Assembly: GCF_018350175.1 (NCBI RefSeq)
Contig: NC_058368.1
Location: 186,808,001-186,872,000, forward strand
Reading direction: 5' to 3'
Origin: Felis catus
Lineage: Eukaryota
Length of the DNA: 64,000 nt
Shown: positions 52,606-64,000 of the stretch, piece by piece
Numbering within the stretch: the stretch's first letter is position 1
Layout of the letters: each line of letters starts with the position of its first letter
Program-made: the position numbers and the translations under genes
Notes under the pieces: generated by a model
The model's database searches: none
The model's input: the letters and a program-made list of their open reading frames with translations, nothing else
Told to the model about the DNA's origin: nothing

Positions 52606-54956
52606 AAATTCAGCTCTAACCGTTTTTAATTAGACATTCTTCTCATACAGACTCTTTCTTTGTGGTAACAAATATGGCCATTGGTAGCTCCAAGATTTTT
52701 GTCTTAACTTTTTGTCCAAAAGGAAGAAAGACCTCTCCATCTCTCCTTTATCTGGGTATCAAAACTCAAGGAACCAGGGGGGATACAACCATCTGAGAAG
52801 TCAGACTGCTCAACCCTGTGTATTGGACAGGTGGCACACCAGAATAGCTGTTCGTGAGCACTATGACTGACTTCCCCAAGACCACATGAAAAGGGGGAGG
52901 AGATAATCATCAAAGAAAAGGATACTTAAAAAAAAATCAGCCCCTGTTTCTATTTTCTCATCTGTAAAATAATTGTATTGAGTAAGGTTATGGATATGGA
53001 TATGCTTTGAAAACATAAATCCTAGCACAAGTAAAAGCTAATATTGTCATATAAACATTTTCTCTGTTTCATGATTCCAGAACTTTTGCTATGAAAGGTA
53101 TGAGTTAGCTCATAAGGCTGTTAGAAGATTAAATGCGACAATTTGTATGAGAGCTTTTCACAGAATACCTGGCATGAAGTCAGCACCCAATGTCAATATT
53201 CCTCACTTATGCCAGGTAATGTACAATTTGCCAGAAGTTTTACCCGAAGAGAAGAATCTAATGGTTAGGATTAGTCATTATTTCTGCCAAGTGGCAAAGA
53301 TATTTGGTATTCCCAAATGTTACCCAGGGGACAAAATTGCCAGTTTTATTTAACATATTTTTGTTCTCTCTCTGTTCCTTCCTCTTCTGTCTCTATCTCT
53401 CCCCCTACACAATGTTAGGGGGATAGGGAATGAGAAGTGTGCAAAATTGAATTCATGCATGTTAAGCAAGAATATATGTATATGCTATATATCATTTGAA
53501 TTTTTTACCATATGAAGTGTCTGGCACACATTAATGCTAGTTGTGTGGGCAGTGCTGATGTCTTTAACACTAACAACAATAAGGAGGATAATAGGTGTCA
53601 GCTTCATGGCATAAGGCCTTCTGAGTGGAGCTTTACTTGATGTGAGCTGCAGCCTAAGACTCCAAGTGTCTTGCTCTATACAGTGCCTCCTCAGTATGGG
53701 AGGCAACATGGACTGATATGCTGGTTACTAAGGTGATGGGCCATCTGGCATGAGTCTCTCACTTGCATGTTACATTCTCAGTGAAAAACGGGTTCTTTGT
53801 CAGCAGCTTCCAGAGAAAGATGAGTATCCTCTCAGACAGCAGCATAAAGCTTCAGTATATGGATGCGGTGAGATGTGGTTGAAACAACGCTAGACTAGAA
53901 ATTAAGAGACCTGTGCTCCCACCTTGGCTCTGTTGACAATTTGCTTAATGACATTGGATAAGGTTCTTCCCTTTTTTGGACATGACAACTTGCTAATCTT
54001 GGAAGTGACAGTTGTCAGCTTTGTGTACCCTAGTACTACTGGGAACCAGCTCCTGTTGGAACGAGGGCACGTTTATAGGTGCGGTTTCCCCTTATCTAGT
54101 CCCCCTAAGCCTCACAGTAGGCTATTTGTCAATTAAGTTTCCGAACAGAAAGTTCAACCCTAGTTTTCAGACCACTCCATTCCAATACATATATACACAT
54201 ATACATAACTTTACCTCTGAGGGTCTACCCACCACTTTAATTGATGTATCAAAGCTATCTGAGTGGGAGGAATTTTGGACATGACCATGGGCACCGCTGG
54301 GCTAACTCCATAAAAGATAATCATTGTAGATCTAAAGAACAAACAGTCCTAAAAATTATTACCTTTACTCTTATGAAAATATAAGCCCCTCTTTCCAATT
54401 TTTCCCTTTCTTATCCCTTTTCCATCCCCATAAGTCTACTTAGTGATTCAGGTTTAATTTCCACCTACAGACAAAATTGACTTGCTGGAATATCACTAAC
54501 CCTCATTTTCAAGGGTTTATTATTTCTGTCTACATGCATAAAATAACATGGTTCTACTCTATCACTAGACTATCAGCTCTGTGAGATCAGGTGTCCAAAC
54601 TCTTTTATACATTGTTGAAACCCCAACCCCCAACATACTGTATGACATGTAGAAATTCAATAAATAATTAACTAAATAAATGGATAAGTGAATGAATAAA
54701 TGAGTGACTGAGTGATGTGCTGATGATGAAATTTGTATAGGAAGTATTTCTGGTATTTAACATTCATATGTGGTGTAGGTTTCTACTCATCTTTTTGAAA
54801 TACAGCTACTATGAAATTCTACATTGGTTGCTACTTCATTGTCTTATACATAAAATCCTGTTCTGAATTTTTTGAAATTCAACTTCTTGAGCACAACTGG
54901 ATTGTTAGCTCTGAGCATGCAGATATATGGATAGATACCTCTCCATATTTGACACA

Positions 54957-55635
54957 TTTTTTTAAAATTTACATCCAAATTAGTTAGCATATAGTATAAC
55001 AATGATTTCAGGAGTAGATTCCTTAATGCCCCTTACCCATTTAGCCCATCGGCCCTCCCACAACCCCTCCAGTAACCCTCTGTTTGTTCTCCATATTTAA
55101 GTCTCTTAGGTTTCATCCCCCTACCCCTGTTTTATATTATTTTTACTTATCTTTCCTTATGTTTATCTGTTCTGTCTTAAAGTCCTCATATGAATGAAGT
55201 CACATGATATTTGTCTTTCTCTGACTGACTAATTTCACTTAGCATAATACCCTCTAGTTCCATCCAAATAATTGCAAATGGCAATATTTCATTCTTTTTG
55301 ATTGCCGAGTAATACTCCATTGTATATACATACCACATCTTCTTTACCCATTCATCCATTGATGGACATTTGGGCTCTTTCCATACTTTGGGTATTGTTG
55401 ATAGTGCTGCTCTAAATATTGGAGTGCATGTGCCCCTTCGAAACAGCACTCCTGTATCCCTTGGATAAATACCTAGTAGTGCAATTTCTGGGTCATAGGG
55501 TAGATCTATTTTTAATTTTTAGGGGAACCTCCATAGTGTTTTCCAGAGTGGCTGCACCAGTTTGCATTCCCACCAGCAGTGCAAAAAAGATTCTCTTCCT
55601 CTGCATCCTCTCTAACATCTGCTGTTGCCTGAGTT

Positions 55636-55636
<1 letters not shown>
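54957..55636 (-). mobile_element. Carnivore L1 3' fragment
   Basis: ORF 55186-55449 is the ORF2p C-terminus; carnivore 3'UTR; no TSD found. Confidence 0.92.
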
Positions 55637-55678
<42 letters not shown>

Positions 55679-56388
55679 ATTTAAATGTAAAGGGGAGGTT
55701 TGGGCTATTTGGAGTAGATAGTTAAAGGGAGAGGAATTCAATAAAAAGAAGGATTAAAAAATAAACAGGTCTAGCATGGCTAAGAAGCTAGAGGTAGCTA
55801 AAATCATGCACACTATAATCCAGTGGTGAGCAAAGCTACAGAACTAAAAGGAATGTAATGTCAACATTTGTTTCAGAACAGCCTGAGAGTTACATGGTGC
55901 AATCCTTCTCATTTTACAGTTAAATAATCTAAAGATGAGAGAAGATAGATGACTTGTCCATGATCATACAAGTTTTTGGTGATTCTGATTCCCAATTCAA
56001 GAACAGTCAGCTATGCAGCCTTCTGAAGTGAAATGTCAGTGGTCAGAAGCCTAAAACAAAGGTCATCATATATGTATAAATATGTGGACAGCTATGATTG
56101 TCTGAGAATGCTTAGAAATCTTTGATTTTACCCTCTCTCAATCTAGTTTCTTACCTCTGGAGTCCAACCTAAGGAAAGTCAGCTCCTGCAAATGTCCCTT
56201 CAAGGTCTTCAGTATCCTATTCACATTTCCTTCTCTCTAGATCAGTAGCTCTTTGTATCTAGAGATTAATAAATACCTTTGAATGAATGGCTGTAGTTGT
56301 TGCTGTTCTCTGAACTCTCTTTAGAATAATCCTTATGTAGCAGAGTCAGTCCAGGTTAACATATCTTAATAGATTTAGTATATCTTTA

Positions 56389-56430
<42 letters not shown>

Positions 56431-56442
56431 ATATATATATAA

Positions 56443-56647
56443 TTTTTTTAATGTTTAATTTATTTTTGAGAGAGACAGAACATGAGTGGGGGAGGGGCAG
56501 AGAGAGAGGAAGACACAGAATCCGAGGCAGGCTCCAGGCTCTGAGCTGTCAGCACAGAGCCCCAAGTAGGGTTTGAACTATTGAACCATGAGATCATGAC
56601 CTGAGCCGAAGTCATACACTTAAACTACTGAGCCACTCAGGTGCTCC
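56443..56647 (-). mobile_element. CanSINE
   Basis: TSD aggatatatatat; left copy runs into (AT)16. Confidence 0.94.
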
Positions 56648-56679
56648 AGGATATATATATTTAAAAGAAAAAGAGTCTA

Positions 56680-56892
56680 GGGGCATCTGGGTGGCTCAGT
56701 CAGTTAAACAACCCACTTTTGCTCAGGTCATGATCTCATGATTCATGAGTTCAAGCCCCACATCAGACTCTGTGCTGACAGCTCACAGCCTGAAGCCTGC
56801 TTTAGATTCTGTCCCTCTCTTTCTCTGCCCTTCCCCCACTTGCACTCTGTCTCTCTGTCTCAAAAATAAACATTATAAAACTTAAAAAAAAA
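56680..56892 (+). mobile_element. CanSINE
   Basis: ggggcatctgggtggctcagtc head, CT tract, A tail. Confidence 0.94.
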
Positions 56893-57204
56893 GATTCCTG
56901 CCAGTAATTCTGATAAAAGTAGGTAATTCTGATAAAAATTAGGTAATTCTGATTACCTAAAAGTAGGTAAAGTTAGATAGGTGTGTGGAGTATGTGCTTT
57001 AAATAAGACCTAGGAGATTATTTTTAATAATATCCTAGGAGATTCTGAAGCAGGTGGTCCATAGACTACACTTACAAAAAAATAATAAAGTAAGAGCAAA
57101 GGAGGAGAATGTGCCCTAACAATATCCACGGTTAACGAAAGTGCAGTTTCTGAATGAACTATAGTGTAGGTGTTCAACAAATATTCACTAGATCAGTAGG
57201 TGGC

Positions 57205-57320
57205 TAGGAAGGTAGATGGATGAATGGATGAATTAAAGGATGGATGAGTGGATGGATGGATGGGTGGGTGGGTGGGTGAGTGGGTGGATGATGGGCAGAT
57301 AAAATAGAATGATGGATAAA
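57205..57320. repeat. (GGAT)n/(GGGT)n degenerate repeat
   Basis: Directly visible. Confidence 0.85.
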
Positions 57321-57582
57321 TGTGGGGGTATATAGATGAAGGTTCTTGCTTTCTTTTTTCTTTGTAGACGAACTAAATGGTGACTTTCCCACCATCAACA
57401 AAACTGTTTCCTCAGATAAGGTGAAATTCATTATCCTTGTGAAACCATTAGAATACATAATAGGTGGATATTTGTTCTTCTAGACTGATTTGTATTGTTA
57501 TTGTTATGTATTTAGTAGAATTAATATTACTTACACAATTATTTTTGAGGTGGCAATGGTGTAATGTGAAATATCAAGAAGT

Positions 57583-57809
57583 AGCAGGCCTGGGTGCCTT
57601 AGTTGATTAACCTTCCAACTCTTGAGTTCAGCTCAGGTCATGATCTCACAGTTAGTGAGATCAAGCCCCATATCTGCCTCTGCGGTGACAGTGCAGAGCC
57701 TGCTTGGGATTCTCTGTCCTCTCTCTCTCTGCCCCTCCCCAGCTCATTCTCTTTCTCTCTTCCTCTCTCTCCATCTCAAAATAAATAAATAAAAACGTTT
57801 TAAAAAATA
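57583..57809 (+). mobile_element. Older CanSINE
   Basis: TSD aaatatcaagaagt (57569-57582 / 57810-57823). Confidence 0.92.
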
Positions 57810-59482
57810 AAATATCAAGAAGTTATTTTGCTTGAGTATTCAATGCCTGGCTTCTAGACAACACATCTTGTTTCTATTATTTACAAACCATTATAATACT
57901 ACAGCTGTTGCCCTCTCTAGATGGGATTACCTAAAAAATAATTTGTTATGTAAGGTTGCTAATTATGAGGCTAAAGCATACCCATTAAAGGCATTTACCT
58001 TGTAATTTGCGATGAGAGTGAGAGTGAAATAAAGCATGGAATATGATTATTGGGGCTGAGGATATAAGAATATAAAGCCACTCATTCATTTCAGGGCTTG
58101 GAATTAATTTAGCATGATATGTTAACTTCAGAAAGAAAACTAATGCAGAGTAAAGCTCTTTCTGCCACCTGTTTCAAAGTAGGGCTCTTTGTCCAGCTCT
58201 TAGGCTGCCCTGTCCCACCTCTTCTTTGTCTTTTCTATCTTAGACCTTCAAATTCTAGTTCTCTGGCCCTCTCACCTTCACTAGATTCAACCATTCAAAC
58301 AGCAGCTTATTGGAGAATTTCAGTGCATGGTCTCTAGAGAAAGAATGCCTGGCTTTAAATCCTGGTTCTGTCACTTACTAGTATTAAATCTCTCAGAGAC
58401 TGGTTCTCGTCTGTAAAATGATGATAGTAATTAACTCACATGATGGTTATAAGGATTAAATGAGCTAATTATATATTAAGTACTCAGATCTTAATAGTAA
58501 GTTTTCAATAAGCACTTTTGTATTTTTTTATAACAAAGGCAATTAACAACATTGCAAAAATTATGAAAAATAAAGAAAAATTCACTCATCATTCTAACAC
58601 CCTAACCTATGTCTGGTATTTTTCATTTTAATACACTAACTTTTGAAAGTAGAATTTTGTCTTCTGGATTCTTTCAATGGTTTGGAGAAACCAGAAATGT
58701 GACCATTCGTTTTTTATACTTTTCTCTTACAGAATAGTTTCTTACACATCTAGCTATAAATGCCCATAACTCAGACTCACCCCCAATTTGAGAATATCTC
58801 TATAGGTAAATGGTGTTTGTTAATATTTAAGTATATTGCCAGTGAGGAATACTTTATTAAGTCAATAGCTAATCTTTGAGTCTTGGTTTGTTTATGAGGT
58901 TAGTTCCATATTTAGTTTCATCCACTCCACAGAACACTTTGGATTTATTGTTTTAGAATTATGAGCTTTGAAATCAGCCAAACCTGGTTTCAAATTCTGA
59001 ATCTAGATTTGTGATCTTGGGCAAATGACAAAGCTTCTCAGATGCTTTATCTTAAAGAATGAGGTTAATAACATTACACAGTGTTGTGAGACTTATAACA
59101 AGGATAAAAAATGATTCTTATTTTAGCTATCACAGTGGAAAGTGATGAACTTTCATTGAGGGAATGGTAGTACTAGAAAAGGGTGTTTCTGGAGGTGAAA
59201 AATCTAGAGGCAGAGCTATGCAGATTCTGGGGATTCTGGACACTGACAATGCTTTCTACCCTCATACTTCCCAAGTCCTACCACAATCAAGAATTGTATT
59301 GATGCTAGAGAAGAAGGAGTGCTATATGTTTGTAATTTTTCTCTTAAATCATAAGTGGCAAGTGATGGAACCCTAAGTAAAGGGTGGTGATGTGGCAGGA
59401 CTGGAGCTTTTATATCCAGCAAGGTCCCATATGCATGGATAATGTCATTGTCAGCTGTGGCTTTATCAGAGACATTTGGGGC

Positions 59483-59877
59483 TACATTATTCTGCTTGGG
59501 CTCCTATAACAAAATACTAAAGACTAGGTGACTTAAACAGCAAAAATTTATTTCTCACAGTTCTGAAAGCTGGTTAGCCCAAGATCAAGGTATCAGTCAA
59601 TTCAGTATCTTGCGAGAGTCCTCTTCCTGACCACCTTCTCCCTATGTACTGGTGTGACCTTTCCTAGGTGTATGGACTTGGCTGGGGAGTGGCAGGGGAA
59701 AGAGTTAACTCCTTGGTGTCTCTTCTCATAAGGACACTATCCCCATTGGATCAGGGACCTAGCCTTATGGGACCTTATCTAACCTTAATTGCCTCCTTAT
59801 GGCACTGTTATAAGTCACATTGGGGCATGAGGGCTTCATGATATGAATTTGGGGGGCACACAATTGAGTCCCTAGCA
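59483..59877 (-). mobile_element. MLT1A-like MaLR solo LTR
   Basis: ctataacaaaatact...tttatttctcacagttctg...gaatttggggggcacacaatt. Confidence 0.85.
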
Positions 59878-62339
59878 GAGACCCAAGGAAGTGATACTGA
59901 GTCATATGGCATCTTCTCTTCCCAATGGGAGTTGTGTCAAGGTCAGCTTAATAGGGGTGTATATATGTGTGTCCTCTTCCTACCAAACCGTAAGCCACAC
60001 GAATTGCTGTGGGACCCCATTATTTCCCCTCCTTACAGCTTTTTGAATCTAGAAAGCCCAAATGAACAGTCCCATCTTATTAAAGGCAAAGGCTGCAACC
60101 AGGAAATATGAAGCTAAAATGATGGAAGGAGAGGCAGTGGCCCTAGTTTCTTACTTTAACCACCAAGATGATTCTCCAGTGCAATATTCAGGAGGCAGAA
60201 GCCACACCCCTGCTTGTTTGCTGTTAATACACCTCTGGAAAACTATAATAAGCCATGATGTTAGAATTTACTGAGAGGCACATTACCCATTGAGGTTTTC
60301 AGTCATGACTCCTTTTAAGAGTTTACAAAATAGCTTTCCTGCCTCTATCTTGATGATTTGTCTTCTTCAAACTCACTCCTTACTAGTGTATGACACCAGA
60401 CGTGGCTTCCTGGAGAGAAATGATCAAGGAGCACCGGCCTCTTGCTAAGAAACACATTAGCACAATTTCTGAAACGTGTTCTTTATGCTCATTTGATCTG
60501 TGATAGCACATTATCATTTAATAAATATTGGGCTAGCTTAGGTTCTATCTACATGTGCCAGAAGTATTTGTTGCTATGCTCCTTTAAGCAAGATAAATAT
60601 ATACTCTGGTAATTGCTTCATAGTTTTTAGTTGTTGGTGGTGGTGGTGGGGTGGGGGGGGAGTTGTTTGTCTTTTTCAAAAGAAAGTTGTGTTTCAAGAA
60701 ACTTAAATGGCATAATTATAAAGTGTGCATTGAGAAAGAATTCATTCCTCCTTAAAAAATTTAATTAGGCCCTTCTTAATCTCTATTGCAGATCTTATTA
60801 TGAACTTGTTTTTTCTTCTAAATGCCTCTTTTGATTGTGAATAAATAGGATGTAATTATATATGGGTGGAAGGTTATTATATACAAATATGTTCAGAAAT
60901 TATGTGAATAAAATTCACAATAGGCTTTAGTATTCCTCTCATAAAATGATATAGCTTAGGACCAAAATAAGCAATTTTCTTTCTTTTAGTATCCACCTTG
61001 TTTATTCCTTCTTTATTATTCCTTCTTTATATTAGCACTATGGGGCACGTTGGAGAATAGAAAGAAAATTATTAGTCATTTTGACCTCTAGCTAAAAGGA
61101 CTTGGTTTCTTTGCACATTTCCTTAACAGGTGAGTTCACCATTAGTGTTACTATTATTATCTCCATTTCTTTGCTTTTCAGTCTCTTCTGTCAGCTCCTT
61201 AGCTCAACCTGAAGATGTATCTCTAAACTCCAACTCTATTTTTAAGAGACGAGTGACAAGAAGAATGTTTAGGGAACAGTAGAGAATATTATAATTTTTA
61301 TTATGCTTGTCCATCTATAAATATTTTTTTACTGAGAAGGTTCACAATGGGAAGACTTTCCAAAAATTTAATTTTAGGCACCACGTGAAAATCGATTTCC
61401 TTACCTTATGTTACAGTCTGTTACAGCCAGAGGACTCCAGCTTGAAACTATGTGAGTATGCATGTGTGCATGTGTGATAAATAGCTAATTACCTGTCAGT
61501 TACCATAGCAATGTTTACAGGAAGACTAAGGAGCTCACATAGCCCTGTTGCCCAGCTTGAGAGAGGAAAACCTGCATAATTTTTTCTTTTCAATCCCTAC
61601 CCGAGTTTCTGGAAGCAATCTTAGAATGCTCTTTGCTTGGTGACTTCTTATGTGACCAATTTAGCTTCTTTCCTTTGATCAGAGACTGGGTTGATTTGAG
61701 TGAGAGGTAGAGAGAATCAACCTGGAAGAAGCTTTGGATGCCAACACAATAGACTTATGACTTATCTCTGCAGAGTTCTGTTAGCAACAGTGGGTGTAGG
61801 ACTGGCTCAGTATGATGCCTTCTTTCAAGGATCTCTGCCTAGCTCCATGAATTCTCAAAACAAAAAGTCCCATATTGATCACCAAGAAAACACAGTACTT
61901 TATTCTTTCAGCAAATATTTTTGAGCAACTGCTCTGGGTCAGCCCTATACTACTGTCGGGGGAATATCATGGTGAGCTGGACACTAATGTCTAATTTGGA
62001 AGAGATATCTATTCATTCAACAAATATTTATTGAACATTTATCATGTTCCAAGTACTATCCTGGGTGATATGGAAATAAAAGAAGAGAGGCACAACCCTG
62101 ATTTGGAGGGAAATCAGAGGTAAGGAAAAACATCTAGGATGAAGTTAGCCAGGAATTGTGAGGAGGGGTGGAAGGATGATATGGGAAAGTATTTCAGAGA
62201 GAGAGGTAGTCTTGTTTACAAGAGGCAAGTAAATATGGTATATTTAAAGGAAAGAAGTTAGTATGTCTGGAGAGCAGAGTTCAAGACAGGTGATGGTAAC
62301 ACCAGAGAGATGTAAGCAGGGATCAAATCATGAAAGCTC

Positions 62340-62768
62340 TGTGCTTTCTTCCCTTGAAACTGGGTGGATACTTTGATTTCCGAGACTAGCTTATATAGTG
62401 ACATGCACTTCTGTATTATACTCTAGAAACATTTGCTTTTGAAACTCAGTCACAATAAGTGAAGAAGCCCTAACTAGCCCATGTATAAACAAAACAAAAC
62501 AAAACAAAACAAAACCCACAAGAGACGCTACACATAAGTATTTTGGACAATCACTGACTAATGTCCAGTCAGCGGCTAACATTAGCCACCAGACACATGA
62601 GTGAATTATCCTCCAGATACCAGTCCTCATTTGTCAGGATACTCCTGGTCTTCAAGTATTCCCAGATGAAATACCAGACATTGTGGAACAGAGATAAGCT
62701 ATCCTCGTTGTGCTATATCTGAAATCCTAACCTTGGGTGATTTCTTATGCATCAGTACAACCAGAACA
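62340..62768 (+). mobile_element. MLT1H-like MaLR LTR within L2 sequence
   Basis: ccagacattgtggaacagagataagc...aaccagaaca; internal (AAAAC)n. Confidence 0.7.
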
Positions 62769-62869
62769 TGTCATAAGGAGTTTGTTACTTTTTTTCTGAG
62801 GCAGTGAGGATCCACTGAAGGGGTTTAAGCACATAAGTAATAGAATCAGGTTAGCATATTAGAAAGAAA

Positions 62870-63850
62870 GTGTATTTTGTTTTATAACATACATAAAAGT
62901 AAAATATGAAAACAAAAACACAAAGCATAGGATAGTGAAACAGAAAGTAATGCCTTCTAAGGTTCTTATTCTATGTGTGAAATCATATACTATTATTTGA
63001 ATGTATACTATATTAAATTAAGGATACACATCATAAGCCCTAAGACAAACACTAAATAATAAGCTAGTAGTAGAGATAAAATAGAATAGTAAAGATATTT
63101 AATTTAAGAGCAGACAGAAAAGAGAAAAAGGAACAGAGAATAGATGGGAACAAATAGAAGGCAACTAGGAAGATGATAGATTTAAATCCAACAATATCAA
63201 TAATTATAGTTGTTCTAACACATCAGTTACAAGACAGAGATTGTCAATCGGATAAAAAAGCAAGACCCAATTATATGTTGTGAACAAGAAACACAGCTTA
63301 AATGTAAATACTTCTACCTAAAAATAAAAGAATGGGAAAAGTATTTTCCATGCAAATAATTACCAAAACAAAATCTGGAATGTTTATCTCAATATAAGAA
63401 AAGTAGACTTCAGAACAAGAAATATTATCAGAAAGAAAGAAGGCATTACATAAAGACATTATTATATACAGGGGTCAGTTCACCAAGAAGTCACAACTAT
63501 GCTAAATGTTATATACCTAACAATAAAATGTCAAGACAAATGAAGCAAAAGCTGATAAAATTGAAGGGAAAAATGGGCAAACCATAATTATAGTTGGAGG
63601 CTTCACTTCTCCTTTCTCAGTCATTGATAGATTAAGTAGACAGAAAAATTAATAAAGATATAGAAGACCAGAACAATACTATCAACTAATTTGACTGAAT
63701 TGGCATGTATGGAATGCTCTGCTAACACTTATTCACATTTTTTTCAGGTGCACATAGACCATATTCTGGACCTTAAATCTCAATAAATTTTTTAAAAGTG
63801 AAATCATATAAATCATGTTCTCTGTAATGGAATTCAGTAAAAATAAACAA
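62870..63850 (+). mobile_element. Old L1M inter-ORF/endonuclease fragment
   Basis: aaaagcaagacccaattatatgttg; attatagttggaggcttcac. Confidence 0.75.
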
Positions 63851-64000
63851 AACAAAGTTTCTAAAAAGTAAGCACTGCTTCTTAGAATTTATCATCTGGT
63901 GATAGCAGGGAAACTGGTTGAGATATAAGATAAATATAAATCTTTTAAGTGATGTTGAACTTAACCTAGGTCTTCAAAATTTCAGGGATAGATGGTTTTT

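Noticed and set aside
57343..57426. Possible 53-nt plus-strand exon (DELNGDFPTINKTVSSDK)
   Set aside because: Good acceptor but weak donor (GTGAAA), no recognised homology, and it lies among decayed repeats.
1..64000. CRISPR array, operon or other prokaryote-type system
   Set aside because: The sequence is mammalian; there is no repeat-spacer array or gene-dense organisation.

Overview
Mammalian, not microbial, DNA. The tRNA-derived carnivore SINEs carry felid (SINEC_Fc-type) sequence, so this is a cat-family intronic or intergenic window. It is AT-rich and dominated by interspersed repeats: about 16 CanSINE copies or fragments, young and old L1 fragments, L2, MIR, ERV/MaLR LTRs, hAT DNA-transposon fossils and microsatellites. 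I recognise no cellular protein-coding gene. The ORFs I can assign to a known protein are broken pieces of L1 ORF2p. I found no new biological system. The most unusual structure is a 3.6-kb 5'-truncated felid L1 (33825-37400) flanked by a ~375-bp direct duplication of its target, beginning at a canonical endonuclease site; this is about 20 times the TSD length of other insertions here. Also notable: a twin-primed inverted L1, an unidentified ~32-nt A-tailed micro-insertion with its own TSD, nested insertions, and a few repeat-free segments with splice or RFX-like signals. Repeat family names come from my recall of consensus sequences, and boundaries of old elements are approximate.
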